This document shows positions 26,387-35,427 of a DNA stretch of 64,000 bases, one piece after another. The translations under genes and the position numbers were made by a program. The notes under the pieces were generated by a model, which worked only from the letters and a program-made list of their open reading frames with translations, was not told where the DNA came from and searched no databases. The DNA is from Escherichia phage MN01, in sequence record MT129652.1. The stretch is one strand, 5' to 3'. Positions within the stretch are counted from its first letter, which is position 1; the number at the start of each line of letters is the position of its first letter.

Positions 26387-26944
26387 ATGAACGAAATTAA
26401 ATTAACTAAGAATAACTATGTAAATAATAAAGAGCTTTTGAAAGCTATTTCGGAGTGGAAACAGAAGCTGAATGCGAACACCGACCCGAATAAAATTATT
26501 CGCCAGAACGATGTTATTGGTCTGGCAATTATGCTTATAGCCGAAGGTCTTAGCAAACGTTTCAACTTCTCCGGATATACCCAATCTTGGAAGCAAGAAA
26601 TGATTGCAGACGGAATTGAGGCCGCAATAAAAGGTCTTCACAACTTCGACGAAACAAAATACGATAATCCACATGCTTACATAACAATGGCTTGCTTCAA
26701 TGCTTTCGTTCAGCGTATCAAAAAAGAACGTAAAGAAATGGCAAAGAAATATAGCTACTTCGTCCATAACGTGTATGATTCACGTGACGACGATATGGTG
26801 GCTCTGGCTGATGAAACATTTATCCAGGACATCTATGACAAAATGACACAGTACGAATCCTCTTTAGTTAAAGCGCCAGGGTCTGATAAGAGCGCCAAAG
26901 ATAAAGAAGGTGATTTGGATTTTTTATATGGAACATCAATTTGA
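26387..26944 (+). CDS. 55: late-transcription sigma factor gp55
   Basis: [45 protein letters not shown] matches T4 gp55. Confidence 0.96.
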   Translation: MNEIKLTKNNYVNNKELLKAISEWKQKLNANTDPNKIIRQNDVIGLAIMLIAEGLSKRFNFSGYTQSWKQEMIADGIEAAIKGLHNFDETKYDNPHAYITMACFNAFVQRIKKERKEMAKKYSYFVHNVYDSRDDDMVALADETFIQDIYDKMTQYESSLVKAPGSDKSAKDKEGDLDFLYGTSI

Positions 26945-27161
26945 TATTACCGATTTTTTAGATAAAATCGAGGAAGACTTTACTGCGCTCCCATATTTCA
27001 TTAAACTTTATCTGCGAGACATAAAAGGTCTTCCAATTGATATCGACCCTTTAAACGTCCGGAATCTGGAATTTACTTCACCGGATAATAACGTTGATTA
27101 CCGTTATCATGTGGATAATGCTAATCTATATTTTACAATTGAGTTAACTCCCAAGGATTAA
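26928..27161 (+). CDS. hypothetical protein (77 aa)
   Basis: ATG 26928 overlaps the gene 55 3' end. Confidence 0.5.
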   Translation: MEHQFDITDFLDKIEEDFTALPYFIKLYLRDIKGLPIDIDPLNVRNLEFTSPDNNVDYRYHVDNANLYFTIELTPKD

Positions 27162-27162
27162 T

Positions 27163-27474
27163 ATGCAAGCTCCAGATATTTCTCAACTGACCGATAAGCA
27201 GATTGAAGAAGCACAGGAACGTCTCGAAGAAGCGAACGCGCTCGAAGCACAGAGTCAAGCAGCAAAGATTCTGAAAAAGAATGCTCGTGAAATTGCACGA
27301 CTGAATAAGCATGCTCAAGGGGCAGTGCTGGAAAACAATTTTGAAGCATACAAATACGCTTTAGCTAAACTGCGTGGGATTTACCGCCAACCCGTTACGG
27401 AAGACCTGATTAAGTTGATGTGGGATTCTACTCGCAAACAAATTTGGGAAATCGTAAATGGCATTAGTAAATAA
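27163..27474 (+). CDS. hypothetical helical protein (103 aa)
   Basis: SD AAGGA. Confidence 0.55.
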   Translation: MQAPDISQLTDKQIEEAQERLEEANALEAQSQAAKILKKNAREIARLNKHAQGAVLENNFEAYKYALAKLRGIYRQPVTEDLIKLMWDSTRKQIWEIVNGISK

Positions 27475-27658
27475 ACCCTTTAAACGGCTTCTTATTGGAG
27501 CCGCTTTCAGACTTCGCTCATATGGTAATATCTGTATCAAGCAGACTGAAACCGAATATAAAATGGTTGGGCAGTATTCCGATGAAATTTTTCGGATTGA
27601 ACCTGTGGCCAAGGTTTGGGTGGATTCACATCAACTTAAGAAGTGGTGGCAACGATGA
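27458..27658 (+). CDS. hypothetical basic protein (66 aa)
   Basis: Overlaps the upstream 3' end. Confidence 0.45.
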   Translation: MALVNKPFKRLLIGAAFRLRSYGNICIKQTETEYKMVGQYSDEIFRIEPVAKVWVDSHQLKKWWQR

Positions 27659-27676
27659 TAACGTGGACAGGTGGCT

Positions 27677-27771
27677 AATGAAAGACGAACATCCGGATTT
27701 TTAAGCTTATGAATGACGAATACGAAAAAGTTTAAGAGGTCATATGAATGACGAATTCGACGGATTTTGAT
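27677..27771 (+). repeat. three degenerate ~31-35-nt tandem repeats, each opening an 8-codon mini-ORF
   Basis: ATGAAAGACGAACAT.., ATGAATGACGAATAC.., ATGAATGACGAATTC.. at 27678, 27709, 27744. Confidence 0.8.
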
Positions 27772-27921
27772 AAGATTAAATCTGACAAAAATGAGATGAT
27801 ACTTCAATTTGAAGCCGCTCGCATTAAAGCAGAAAATGAAGGTACTATTACCTATAAGCCTATCAAGTTCAGGTCTTCTCATGAACCTCTGTATGGTGTA
27901 TTAATTGGAAAGGAAGCCTAG
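27748..27921 (+). CDS. hypothetical protein (57 aa)
   Basis: ATG 27748, 8 nt after SD AAGAGG; starts inside repeat 3; followed by a terminator. Confidence 0.45.
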   Translation: MTNSTDFDKIKSDKNEMILQFEAARIKAENEGTITYKPIKFRSSHEPLYGVLIGKEA

Positions 27922-27935
27922 TGCTTCCTTTTTTG
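27909..27935 (+). terminator. rho-independent terminator
   Basis: AAAGGAAGC-CTAGT-GCTTCCTTT plus T-run. Confidence 0.75.
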
Positions 27936-27958
27936 CTTTATATTCGGGATGATAAAAT
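27934..27958 (+). promoter_or_regulatory. MotA-box middle promoter TGCTTTA-N12-TAAAAT (genes 47/46)
   Basis: Box begins in the terminator T-run. Confidence 0.5.
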
Positions 27959-27978
27959 GAACCAACTGAGGAGATTAT

Positions 27979-28122
27979 ATGGAATTATTTTTAGGATATG
28001 TTGTGTTATTCATGGCATTCTACACATTCACACGAGCTTGTTGGATAGGATTCTTTTCTACTCCTGACGGGTTCATTTCAATAATTTTATTTTGCACTGC
28101 GATAACGGCGCTTGGCTTATGA
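27979..28122 (+). CDS. 47-aa 2-TM micro-protein
   Basis: SD GAGGAG; ATGA junction with gene 47. Confidence 0.45.
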   Translation: MELFLGYVVLFMAFYTFTRACWIGFFSTPDGFISIILFCTAITALGL

Positions 28123-29138
28123 AAATTTTAAATTTAGGTGATTGGCACTTGGGTGTCAAAGCTGACGACCCATGGGCTCAAAACATTCAACGTGATGGTA
28201 TTTTACAGGCGATTGCATATTCCAAAGCGAATGGAATTAAAGTCTGGATTCAATATGGTGATATTTTTGACGTCCGTAAGGCCGTAACGCATAAGACGAT
28301 GGAATTCAGCCGTGAGATTATGGAACTCCTTCGTGAAGCAGGAATTACTATGCACACGATAGTCGGGAACCATGACATGAATCTGAAGAATAAGATTCAT
28401 CCTAATGCTATCACTGAACTCCTGAATAAGTATGACCATGTTAAAATCTACGACAAGCCAACGACTGTTGATTTTGACGGTTGTCAGATTGATATGATTC
28501 CATGGATGTGTGACGAGAACGCGACTGACATTCATCAACACATCAAAACTTCTGGTGCCGAATATTGCATCGGTCACTGGGAATTAACCGGGTTTTATTT
28601 CTATAAAGGATTGAAATCCCACGGGCTTGAGCCTGATTTCCTTAAGAAGTACAAGCAGGTTTGGTCTGGACACTTCCATACCATTTCAGAAGCTGCAAAC
28701 GTTAAGTACATCGGGACACCATGGACATTAACGGCAGGTGATGAGAACGACCCGCGCGGGTTCTGGGAATTTGATACCAAAACCGAAGAGATGAAATTTA
28801 TTCCGAATGAAACCACCTGGCATCGGAAGATTTTCTATCCAAACGAAACTATTAACTACGACGACTTCAAAGACTTATCAGTCCGTGTTATTGTAGAAAA
28901 AGTCGATAAAGACCTGACCAAGTTCGAATCCGAATTAGAAAAGCGTGTGCATGAATTGCGTGTTGTCAATAAGGTTGATAACAGTGTTGATACGACTGAC
29001 TCCGAAGAAGAGTTAGATATAAAACGCTTAACTGATATGATGGCAGAATATATCGATGCATTACCTGACGCCAATGAGAAAGAATCAAAAGCTCTCAAAG
29101 CATTGGCCAACAAATTATACCTTGAGGTGCAACCATGA
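28119..29138 (+). CDS. 47: recombination nuclease subunit gp47 (Mre11-like)
   Basis: MKILNLGDWHLG..GDIFD..GNHD phosphoesterase motifs; 339 aa as in T4. Confidence 0.95.
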   Translation: MKILNLGDWHLGVKADDPWAQNIQRDGILQAIAYSKANGIKVWIQYGDIFDVRKAVTHKTMEFSREIMELLREAGITMHTIVGNHDMNLKNKIHPNAITELLNKYDHVKIYDKPTTVDFDGCQIDMIPWMCDENATDIHQHIKTSGAEYCIGHWELTGFYFYKGLKSHGLEPDFLKKYKQVWSGHFHTISEAANVKYIGTPWTLTAGDENDPRGFWEFDTKTEEMKFIPNETTWHRKIFYPNETINYDDFKDLSVRVIVEKVDKDLTKFESELEKRVHELRVVNKVDNSVDTTDSEEELDIKRLTDMMAEYIDALPDANEKESKALKALANKLYLEVQP

Positions 29139-29398
29139 GACTTTATGATTTTAATGAAGCGGGGCTTGAGCATATCCGCGAATGTGATGTGGTTGACGAC
29201 GATAATCAACCGAATACTATTAAGTATTGGTTTGAAGCTATCACTGACCGGGAAACCGGTCAACTTATCAAAGTCTATGTAGTCACCGATTGGGCCGTGG
29301 AATTTAGCTTTAATGTAATGGAAGATGATACTCCAGAGACATTAATTCATATGGCTGAATCATGCATCAAGGATGCTTATTATGATGAAGACTTTTGA
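29135..29398 (+). CDS. hypothetical acidic protein (87 aa)
   Basis: ATGA overlap with 47. Confidence 0.55.
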   Translation: MRLYDFNEAGLEHIRECDVVDDDNQPNTIKYWFEAITDRETGQLIKVYVVTDWAVEFSFNVMEDDTPETLIHMAESCIKDAYYDEDF

Positions 29399-29591
29399 AT
29401 TTAATCTTGACGATGAATTTGTAGCAAATATTGATTATACCGAAGAAGATTCTAGATATATCGGAATAATTTATATCACATCAAAAACGGCGCAGGGAGT
29501 GGTTTGCATGGCTGAATTTGATGAATGCTTTTTAGATTATGATGATATGATAGAATGGTCTAAAAGATACATTAAAAGGAATCTTTTGTGA
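29382..29591 (+). CDS. hypothetical acidic protein (69 aa)
   Basis: ATG 29382, 9 nt after SD AAGGA. Confidence 0.5.
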   Translation: MMKTFEFNLDDEFVANIDYTEEDSRYIGIIYITSKTAQGVVCMAEFDECFLDYDDMIEWSKRYIKRNLL

Positions 29592-31270
29592 AGACTTTTA
29601 AGCTTAAGAAAGTTATCTATAAAAATATTATGTCGGTTGGTGCTCAACCGATTACTGTTGAACTGGATAAAGTCCAGAAAACTCTGGTCACCGGCAAGAA
29701 TGGTGCGGGTAAATCTACGTTCCTTGAAGCGGTTACTTTTGCTATGTTCGGTAAGCCTTTCCGTGATGTAAAGAAAGGCCAGTTGATTAACTCGAGCAAC
29801 AAAAAAGATATGCTCGTTGAATTGTGGATGGAATATGATGGAAAAGAATACTATATCAAACGCGGGCAAAAACCCAATGTTTTTGAAATCTCTTGTGGCG
29901 GTAAACGTCTTGATGAATCTGCCAGCAGTAAAGACTTCCAAGCGGAATTTGAACAGCTTATCGGAATGTCATACGCCAGTTTCAAACAAATCGTCGTACT
30001 CGGCACAGCTGGATATACCCCTTTTATGGGCCTATCCACTCCTGCAAGAAGAAAACTCGTCGAAGACCTGTTAGAGGTTTCTGTACTGGCCGATATGGAT
30101 AAGCTGAACAAATCTCTTATCCGCGAAGTCAATAGCCAAATCCAGGTTATGGATGTACAGCATGACGGTATCGTTCAACAGATTAAAATCTATCAGGACA
30201 ATGAAGACCGTCAAAGAAAATTGTCAGGTGATAATCTGTTGCGACTGCAAACGATGTATGATGAACTTGCCACAGAAGCACGTGGAATCAAGGCAACTAT
30301 CGAAGAAGCAACGACAAGACTGACTGAAATAATCTTGGGAGAAGACCCCGAGCATGAACTCACGAAGTTAAAGCAGGAATCATTCCTGATTAAATCGAAG
30401 ATTGACGATTATCGAAAGGTTGTCAGCCTGTACGAGAAAGGTGGTTGTTGTCAGACTTGTGCTAGTCAGTTGCATCCAGGAGACCCTATTGTCGCCAGGA
30501 TTGAGTCAAAGATTGAAGAATGTAATGCATCGGCTGATAAGCATAAAGCTCGTCAGAATGCTGTTCAGGAGCAATTTGATACGTATTCTGCTGCAAGACA
30601 AAACCAGCGTACAATAGCACAAGACATTCAAACTAAGAAACAAACCTTAGTCCAGACTGTCGAAAAGGCTAAAAAGGTTAAAGCATTAATCGAGCAAGCC
30701 AAGTCAGAATTCATTGACCACGCAGCAGACATTAAAATGCTTCAAGACCAGCTTGATAAAATAGTCAAACAGAAATCTGACCTTGTGATGGAAAAATATC
30801 AACGTGGTATCCTAACGGATATGTTGAAAGATTCTGGTATTAAGGGCGCGATTATTAAGAAATATATTCCTATCTTTAATAAGCAGATAAACGCTTATCT
30901 TAAAGTTATGGAAGCTGATTATAGCTTTACGTTAGATGAAGAGTTCAACGAAACGATTAAATCTCGTGGTCGTGAAGACTTCAGCTATGCATCATTTAGC
31001 CAGGGTGAAAAAGCTCGTATCGATATTGCATTGCTGTTTACATGGCGCGATATTGCTGCAAAAGTATCTGGTGTGCAAATTAGTACGTTGATTCTGGATG
31101 AGGTCATGGATTCAGCCACTGACGCCGAAGGCATCAAAGCTATCCAGGCAATTATCAATAAATTGGAAGGTCAAAACGTGTTTATCATCAGTCACCGAGA
31201 CCATGACCCAGAAGCATATGGACAGCATCTTCAAATGAAAAAAGTCGGTCGATTTACTGTTCTGGAATGA
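29588..31270 (+). CDS. 46: recombination ATPase gp46 (Rad50/SbcC-like)
   Basis: GTG start; KKVIYKNIMSVG..GKNGAGKST Walker A, coiled coil, LSQGEK-type signature SFSQGEKARI, LILDE. Confidence 0.96.
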   Translation: MKTFKLKKVIYKNIMSVGAQPITVELDKVQKTLVTGKNGAGKSTFLEAVTFAMFGKPFRDVKKGQLINSSNKKDMLVELWMEYDGKEYYIKRGQKPNVFEISCGGKRLDESASSKDFQAEFEQLIGMSYASFKQIVVLGTAGYTPFMGLSTPARRKLVEDLLEVSVLADMDKLNKSLIREVNSQIQVMDVQHDGIVQQIKIYQDNEDRQRKLSGDNLLRLQTMYDELATEARGIKATIEEATTRLTEIILGEDPEHELTKLKQESFLIKSKIDDYRKVVSLYEKGGCCQTCASQLHPGDPIVARIESKIEECNASADKHKARQNAVQEQFDTYSAARQNQRTIAQDIQTKKQTLVQTVEKAKKVKALIEQAKSEFIDHAADIKMLQDQLDKIVKQKSDLVMEKYQRGILTDMLKDSGIKGAIIKKYIPIFNKQINAYLKVMEADYSFTLDEEFNETIKSRGREDFSYASFSQGEKARIDIALLFTWRDIAAKVSGVQISTLILDEVMDSATDAEGIKAIQAIINKLEGQNVFIISHRDHDPEAYGQHLQMKKVGRFTVLE

Positions 31271-31286
31271 GCCTCTTATTGAGGCT
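31270..31286. terminator. hairpin between convergent genes 46 and the HNH gene
   Basis: AGCCTC-TTATT-GAGGCT overlapping both stop codons. Confidence 0.5.
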
Positions 31287-31992
31287 TCATTTTGCAGTTA
31301 TCAAAATGCCAACGTTTCATATTAGCTGGCATACCGACTACATTACAGTGTGGACACTGAATTTTGGGGTCCACCTTTTTCTTCCGGTTTGGATTGGATT
31401 TGCAGAATTGTTGGTGAGTGGATATAACACACTTTTTACCTTCAAGCCCGCAAAATTCACAATTTAAAATTTCATGTTTAGCTTGTTTTAAACCTACTGA
31501 AATTTTTTGCTTTTGCTTTTCCGGAATAGTATGAACAACCTTGTTTGGACCTTTGGAACAGTTATCAAAATGCCAACGATTCATATTGCCAGCGAGACCG
31601 GTTTTTCCACAGTGTGGACATTCGACTCTCGGTTTTAATTTGGCGGATTCTGACATTTTCTTTCTGGTTTCATCGGAGAAAATTTTATTTTGTTGAGCTT
31701 CCAAGTTTTTACGACGAAGCCATCCAAATAATTTGTTTTTGCTTCTGTCGGCATTTGGTGCAGAAACTGTCATCATGCGCGCGGCATAGACCAAAGAAGC
31801 GTTATTTGGATGCATTTTGACCAACAGTTGATGGCAAACGAAATGTTCCTCGGGAGTTAAATCAACAAGATTTGAAGCGTCGTCAGCCCCACCCATACAA
31901 CGGGGTATAATGTGATGGCTTTCAGAGTATGTGGTTAATTTGCGATTCAATGCTCTGCTAATAAGCTTTTGGTAAATGATGTTATAATTCAT
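31276..31992 (-). mobile_element. free-standing HNH homing endonuclease (T4 Mob-like), antisense to flanking genes
   Basis: SESHHIIPRCMGGADDASNLVDLTPEEHFVCH HNH core; three C..C-x12-15-(H)..C repeats (CPHCGKTGLAGNMNRWHFDNC); start trimmed to MNYNIIYQ. Confidence 0.8.
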
Positions 31993-32032
31993 ATCAGACC
32001 CTTGTTTGATACTGCAACGGATAATATTATTT

Positions 32033-32224
32033 ATGAGCAATTTTTTAACCGGGCAGCATTTACTGGCTGTCCCTGAAATTAAACGGTATGTGTTAGTTAA
32101 TACCTTTTCGAAAGATGAACACCTTGTCACTGAACGTGACTTGCAAAACGCTTTCGGTGAAGAATATGTTAAAATAATCGCGAACAGACACAATGCCTGG
32201 TTCGCATATGAATACTTTGATTAA
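32033..32224 (+). CDS. hypothetical protein (63 aa, 45.2 slot)
   Basis: Position upstream of rpbA; size like T4 gp45.2. Confidence 0.45.
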   Translation: MSNFLTGQHLLAVPEIKRYVLVNTFSKDEHLVTERDLQNAFGEEYVKIIANRHNAWFAYEYFD

Positions 32225-32248
32225 TTGATAATGAATAGAGAGAATATT

Positions 32249-32656
32249 ATGAACAACGTAACTGCTAAAGATATCCAAGTTAAAACCATCCGCACTGACG
32301 CTAACCCGCATAACCAAAACCGTGTGCGCAAATCCTGGGTTCTGGCCTGTGATGAAGCATCTGCTACCCGTCTGCAGTCTCTGCCGCAAGAAATTAAATT
32401 CATGCTGTACGGTGTGATTGATACTGATGTATCTGATAAGTGGATTGAACTGATGCGTAATCACTACAACGATTCACTGGCTGCTGGTGCTAAACTGGTT
32501 ATCGACCGTGACGGTTCCGAACGTCTTGAAGATGATTATTGCGTTAACTCTGACGACCATCTGGTGCAAGCTGGTTCTATTATTGCTGCACAACTTCCAG
32601 AGTATATTGAATCTCTTCCGGAAGCTATCCGCAAACAAATGGCAGTTGTTGCTTAA
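32249..32656 (+). CDS. rpbA: RNA polymerase-binding protein RpbA (positional)
   Basis: 135 aa immediately upstream of 45, as in T4. Confidence 0.6.
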   Translation: MNNVTAKDIQVKTIRTDANPHNQNRVRKSWVLACDEASATRLQSLPQEIKFMLYGVIDTDVSDKWIELMRNHYNDSLAAGAKLVIDRDGSERLEDDYCVNSDDHLVQAGSIIAAQLPEYIESLPEAIRKQMAVVA

Positions 32657-32686
32657 TTAATTTTGATTTGAATAAAAGGTAATTAA

Positions 32687-33382
32687 ATGAAATTCTCTAA
32701 AGACACTATCGCAGTTCTGAAAAACTTCACTTCCATTTACTCTGGCATTATGCTTAAGCCAGGTAATACCATCCTGACTCGTTCCGTAACTGGAGCGTCA
32801 TATGGCGAATCTGAAATCAATGATACAATTGACTTTGAAGCTGCGATTTATGACCTGAACGGCTTCTTAAGTATCCTGGGCCTGGTAACTGACCAAGCTG
32901 AAGTATCTCTGGCTGAAGACGCATCAAACATCATTATCAAAGACCAACGTTCAACGATTCACTGGCCTGCAGCAGACCCGAGCACTATCGTGTTCCCTGC
33001 TAAGAAGATTCCTTTCCCGGTAGCTAAGGTTATCTTCGACCTGAAAGGTAGTGACCTGCAGCAGCTTCTGCGCGTGGCTGGTGGTTTGTCTCTGGATACT
33101 TTTGCAATCACCAACAAAGACGGTAAGATTGTTATCCATGGTTATAATCAGCTCGAAGATAAAGAGTTGGCGCGTCCATTGTATTCCCTGGTGTGTGGCG
33201 ACTACGAAGGCGATGCAGCGTTTAAATTTATCATTAACAAACTGAACATGAAAATGATTCCGGCTGATTACCGTGTTATGCTTTGGGCGAAAGATGATAA
33301 ATTTGCTACGAAGTTTGAAGGCACACAAGCAAGCTATGTGATTGCAATGGAACAAGGCTCTAGCCACGAATTCCAAGATTAA
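32687..33382 (+). CDS. 45: sliding clamp gp45
   Basis: MKFSKDTIAVLKNFTSIYSGIMLK..AIYDLNGFL..WPAADPSTIV matches T4 gp45. Confidence 0.97.
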   Translation: MKFSKDTIAVLKNFTSIYSGIMLKPGNTILTRSVTGASYGESEINDTIDFEAAIYDLNGFLSILGLVTDQAEVSLAEDASNIIIKDQRSTIHWPAADPSTIVFPAKKIPFPVAKVIFDLKGSDLQQLLRVAGGLSLDTFAITNKDGKIVIHGYNQLEDKELARPLYSLVCGDYEGDAAFKFIINKLNMKMIPADYRVMLWAKDDKFATKFEGTQASYVIAMEQGSSHEFQD

Positions 33383-33385
33383 TAA

Positions 33386-33403
33386 ATGGGGCTTCGGCCC
33401 CAT
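33386..33403 (+). terminator. GC hairpin without a T-run
   Basis: ATGGGGC-TTCG-GCCCCAT. Confidence 0.45.
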
Positions 33404-33438
33404 GGAGTACAAAGTAGAAACTAATATGAGGAAAATAT

Positions 33439-34398
33439 ATGTTAACGGTTAATGACAAAGAATTCATGTGGGAACAAAAATACCGCCCAGGTACATTATC
33501 AGAGTGTATTCTTCCTGCTCATGATAAAGAAACATTAGAGGCGATTGTTAAAAAAGGTTTGATTCCTAACTTGATTCTGGTCAGTAGTTCCCCTGGTACT
33601 GGTAAGACAACAGTTGCGAAAGCTATGTGCGCGGATACAAATTCTGATATGCTGTTTGTTAACGGCTCCGATTGCCGAATTGACTTTGTGCGTAATGAAT
33701 TGACTCGCTTTGCATCGTCCAAATCAATCGAAGGACGCCGCAAGGTAATCGTTATCGATGAGTTTGACCGTGCAGGTCTGGCTGAATCACAACGACACCT
33801 TCGCAGCTTTATGGAAGCTTATTCAAGCAACTGTTCAATCATTATGACCGCGAACAATATCGATGGCATCATCACTCCGTTGCAGTCTCGTTGTCGCGTA
33901 ATTAAGTTTGGTGAAGCAACTCCGGCTGACCAGACTACTATGATGAAAGAGATGATTCATCGCGCAGTCGCGGTATGTAAAAATGAAGGCGTTGAAATCG
34001 AAGACCTGAAAGTTGTTGCTGCTCTGGTTAAGCATAACTTCCCGGACCTGCGTAAGACAATTAACGAACTTGACCGTTACTCTGCAAAGGGTGTTATCGA
34101 TTCCGGTATTCTGAGTATCGTGACAAACAATCGCACGCCAATTGATGATGTGATTGATGCCCTTAAGGACCGCAACTTTAAAGTTCTCCGTGGTCTGGCT
34201 CCTAAGCATGCAAATGATTATTCAAACTTCATTGCAAAGCTGGCTGATGAAATGTACGGCAAACTGACTGGTGCAAGCATTATCCGTATGTATGAGATTG
34301 TGGGTGAGAATAATCAGTACCATGGCATTGCAGCCAATACCGAAGTTCACTTGACTTATCTGTTTGCTCAACTGGCTGGGGAAATGAAATGGCTGTAA
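33439..34398 (+). CDS. 44: clamp loader large subunit gp44
   Basis: EQKYRP..SSPGTGKTT..VIDEFD..SRC matches T4 gp44; 319 aa. Confidence 0.97.
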   Translation: MLTVNDKEFMWEQKYRPGTLSECILPAHDKETLEAIVKKGLIPNLILVSSSPGTGKTTVAKAMCADTNSDMLFVNGSDCRIDFVRNELTRFASSKSIEGRRKVIVIDEFDRAGLAESQRHLRSFMEAYSSNCSIIMTANNIDGIITPLQSRCRVIKFGEATPADQTTMMKEMIHRAVAVCKNEGVEIEDLKVVAALVKHNFPDLRKTINELDRYSAKGVIDSGILSIVTNNRTPIDDVIDALKDRNFKVLRGLAPKHANDYSNFIAKLADEMYGKLTGASIIRMYEIVGENNQYHGIAANTEVHLTYLFAQLAGEMKWL

Positions 34399-34967
34399 GT
34401 CTCTTTGATGATGACGTTCAATTAAACGAACATGAGGTTGCGTGGAAATCACGCGACTTTAACAAAATTCAGGAATTGTCCGATTCATACAAAGAGAAAG
34501 CAGAAAATGAATTGTTCGCGATTCTTAATGACATAACCGTTAGCAAAAAACCACGGAACCTGATTCAATCGGAAAACTACAATAAATTCTGGTTGGAAAA
34601 CGCATTGAGTCAACATGTCGATTGCATTATGCAGGTGAATGTGATGAACTTAATCGGTTCCGGGTTAACAGACCAACAGCATTATAATTATTTGCTGCAT
34701 GCAGTTCCACAAGGCAAGCGTTATGGCAAATGGGCAAAGGCTGAGCCGGATGTGGTCAACGTCCAGCTTGTGTTAAAGCTTTTAATGAAATATTATACAA
34801 TTAATGCAGATGATGCTTTGATGTATATGGAAACATTGAAAGTCAAAGGTAGTCTTAAAGATGTTTTGAAAAAGACAAAAGGTCTGGTAACGGATGAATT
34901 CTTAAAGACCGTTACCAGTAATGTGAAAGAACAAAAAGAAATTAAAAAACAAATATTGGAATGGTAA
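34389..34967 (+). CDS. 62: clamp loader small subunit gp62
   Basis: SLFDDDVQLNEHEVAW..GKRYGKWAK..KGLVTDEFLK matches T4 gp62. Confidence 0.93.
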   Translation: MAVSLFDDDVQLNEHEVAWKSRDFNKIQELSDSYKEKAENELFAILNDITVSKKPRNLIQSENYNKFWLENALSQHVDCIMQVNVMNLIGSGLTDQQHYNYLLHAVPQGKRYGKWAKAEPDVVNVQLVLKLLMKYYTINADDALMYMETLKVKGSLKDVLKKTKGLVTDEFLKTVTSNVKEQKEIKKQILEW

Positions 34968-34968
34968 A

Positions 34969-35337
34969 ATGATTGAAATTACATTAAAGCAACCTGAAGA
35001 CTTCCTGAAAGTTAAAGAAACTCTGACCCGTATGGGCATCGCAAATAATAAAGACCGTGTACTGTACCAGAGCTGCCACATCCTCCAGAAGCAAGGTCGT
35101 TACTATATTGTTCACTTCAAAGAAATGCTGCGTATGGATGGTCGTCAGGTGGATATTGATGGCGAAGACTATCAGCGCCGTGATTCCATCGCTCAACTGC
35201 TCGAAGACTGGGGCTTAATCGCTATCAAAGAAGAAGAGCATAATGAATTGTTCGCAGTAACAAACAACTTCCGTGTTATCTCCTTTAAACAAAAAGACGA
35301 CTGGAAGCTCGTAGCCAAATATACAATTGGTAATTAA
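34969..35337 (+). CDS. regA: translational repressor RegA
   Basis: MIEITLKQPEDFLKVKETLTRMGIANNKD..FKEMLRMDGRQV matches T4 RegA; 122 aa. Confidence 0.96.
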   Translation: MIEITLKQPEDFLKVKETLTRMGIANNKDRVLYQSCHILQKQGRYYIVHFKEMLRMDGRQVDIDGEDYQRRDSIAQLLEDWGLIAIKEEEHNELFAVTNNFRVISFKQKDDWKLVAKYTIGN

Positions 35338-35345
35338 TTTAAAGC

Positions 35346-35366
35346 AAAGGGACTTCGGTCCCTTTT
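35346..35366 (+). terminator. rho-independent terminator
   Basis: AAGGGAC-TTCG-GTCCCTT plus T4. Confidence 0.65.
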
Positions 35367-35397
35367 GTAGTATAATAGCGTCAAGTCATAAAACAAA

Positions 35398-35427
35398 AGT
35401 CAATCACTCGACTATAAAGGAAACCAA
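35398..35427 (+). promoter_or_regulatory. gp43 translational-operator-like hairpin plus RBS
   Basis: AGTC-AATCACTC-GACT (8-nt loop) then ATAAAGGAA..ATG, parallel to the T4 gene 43 operator layout. Confidence 0.45.

Noticed and set aside
31267-31820. + strand ORFs 31267-31467 and 31545-31820
   Set aside because: They are antisense to the HNH endonuclease gene, which has clear motifs, and they have no SDs.
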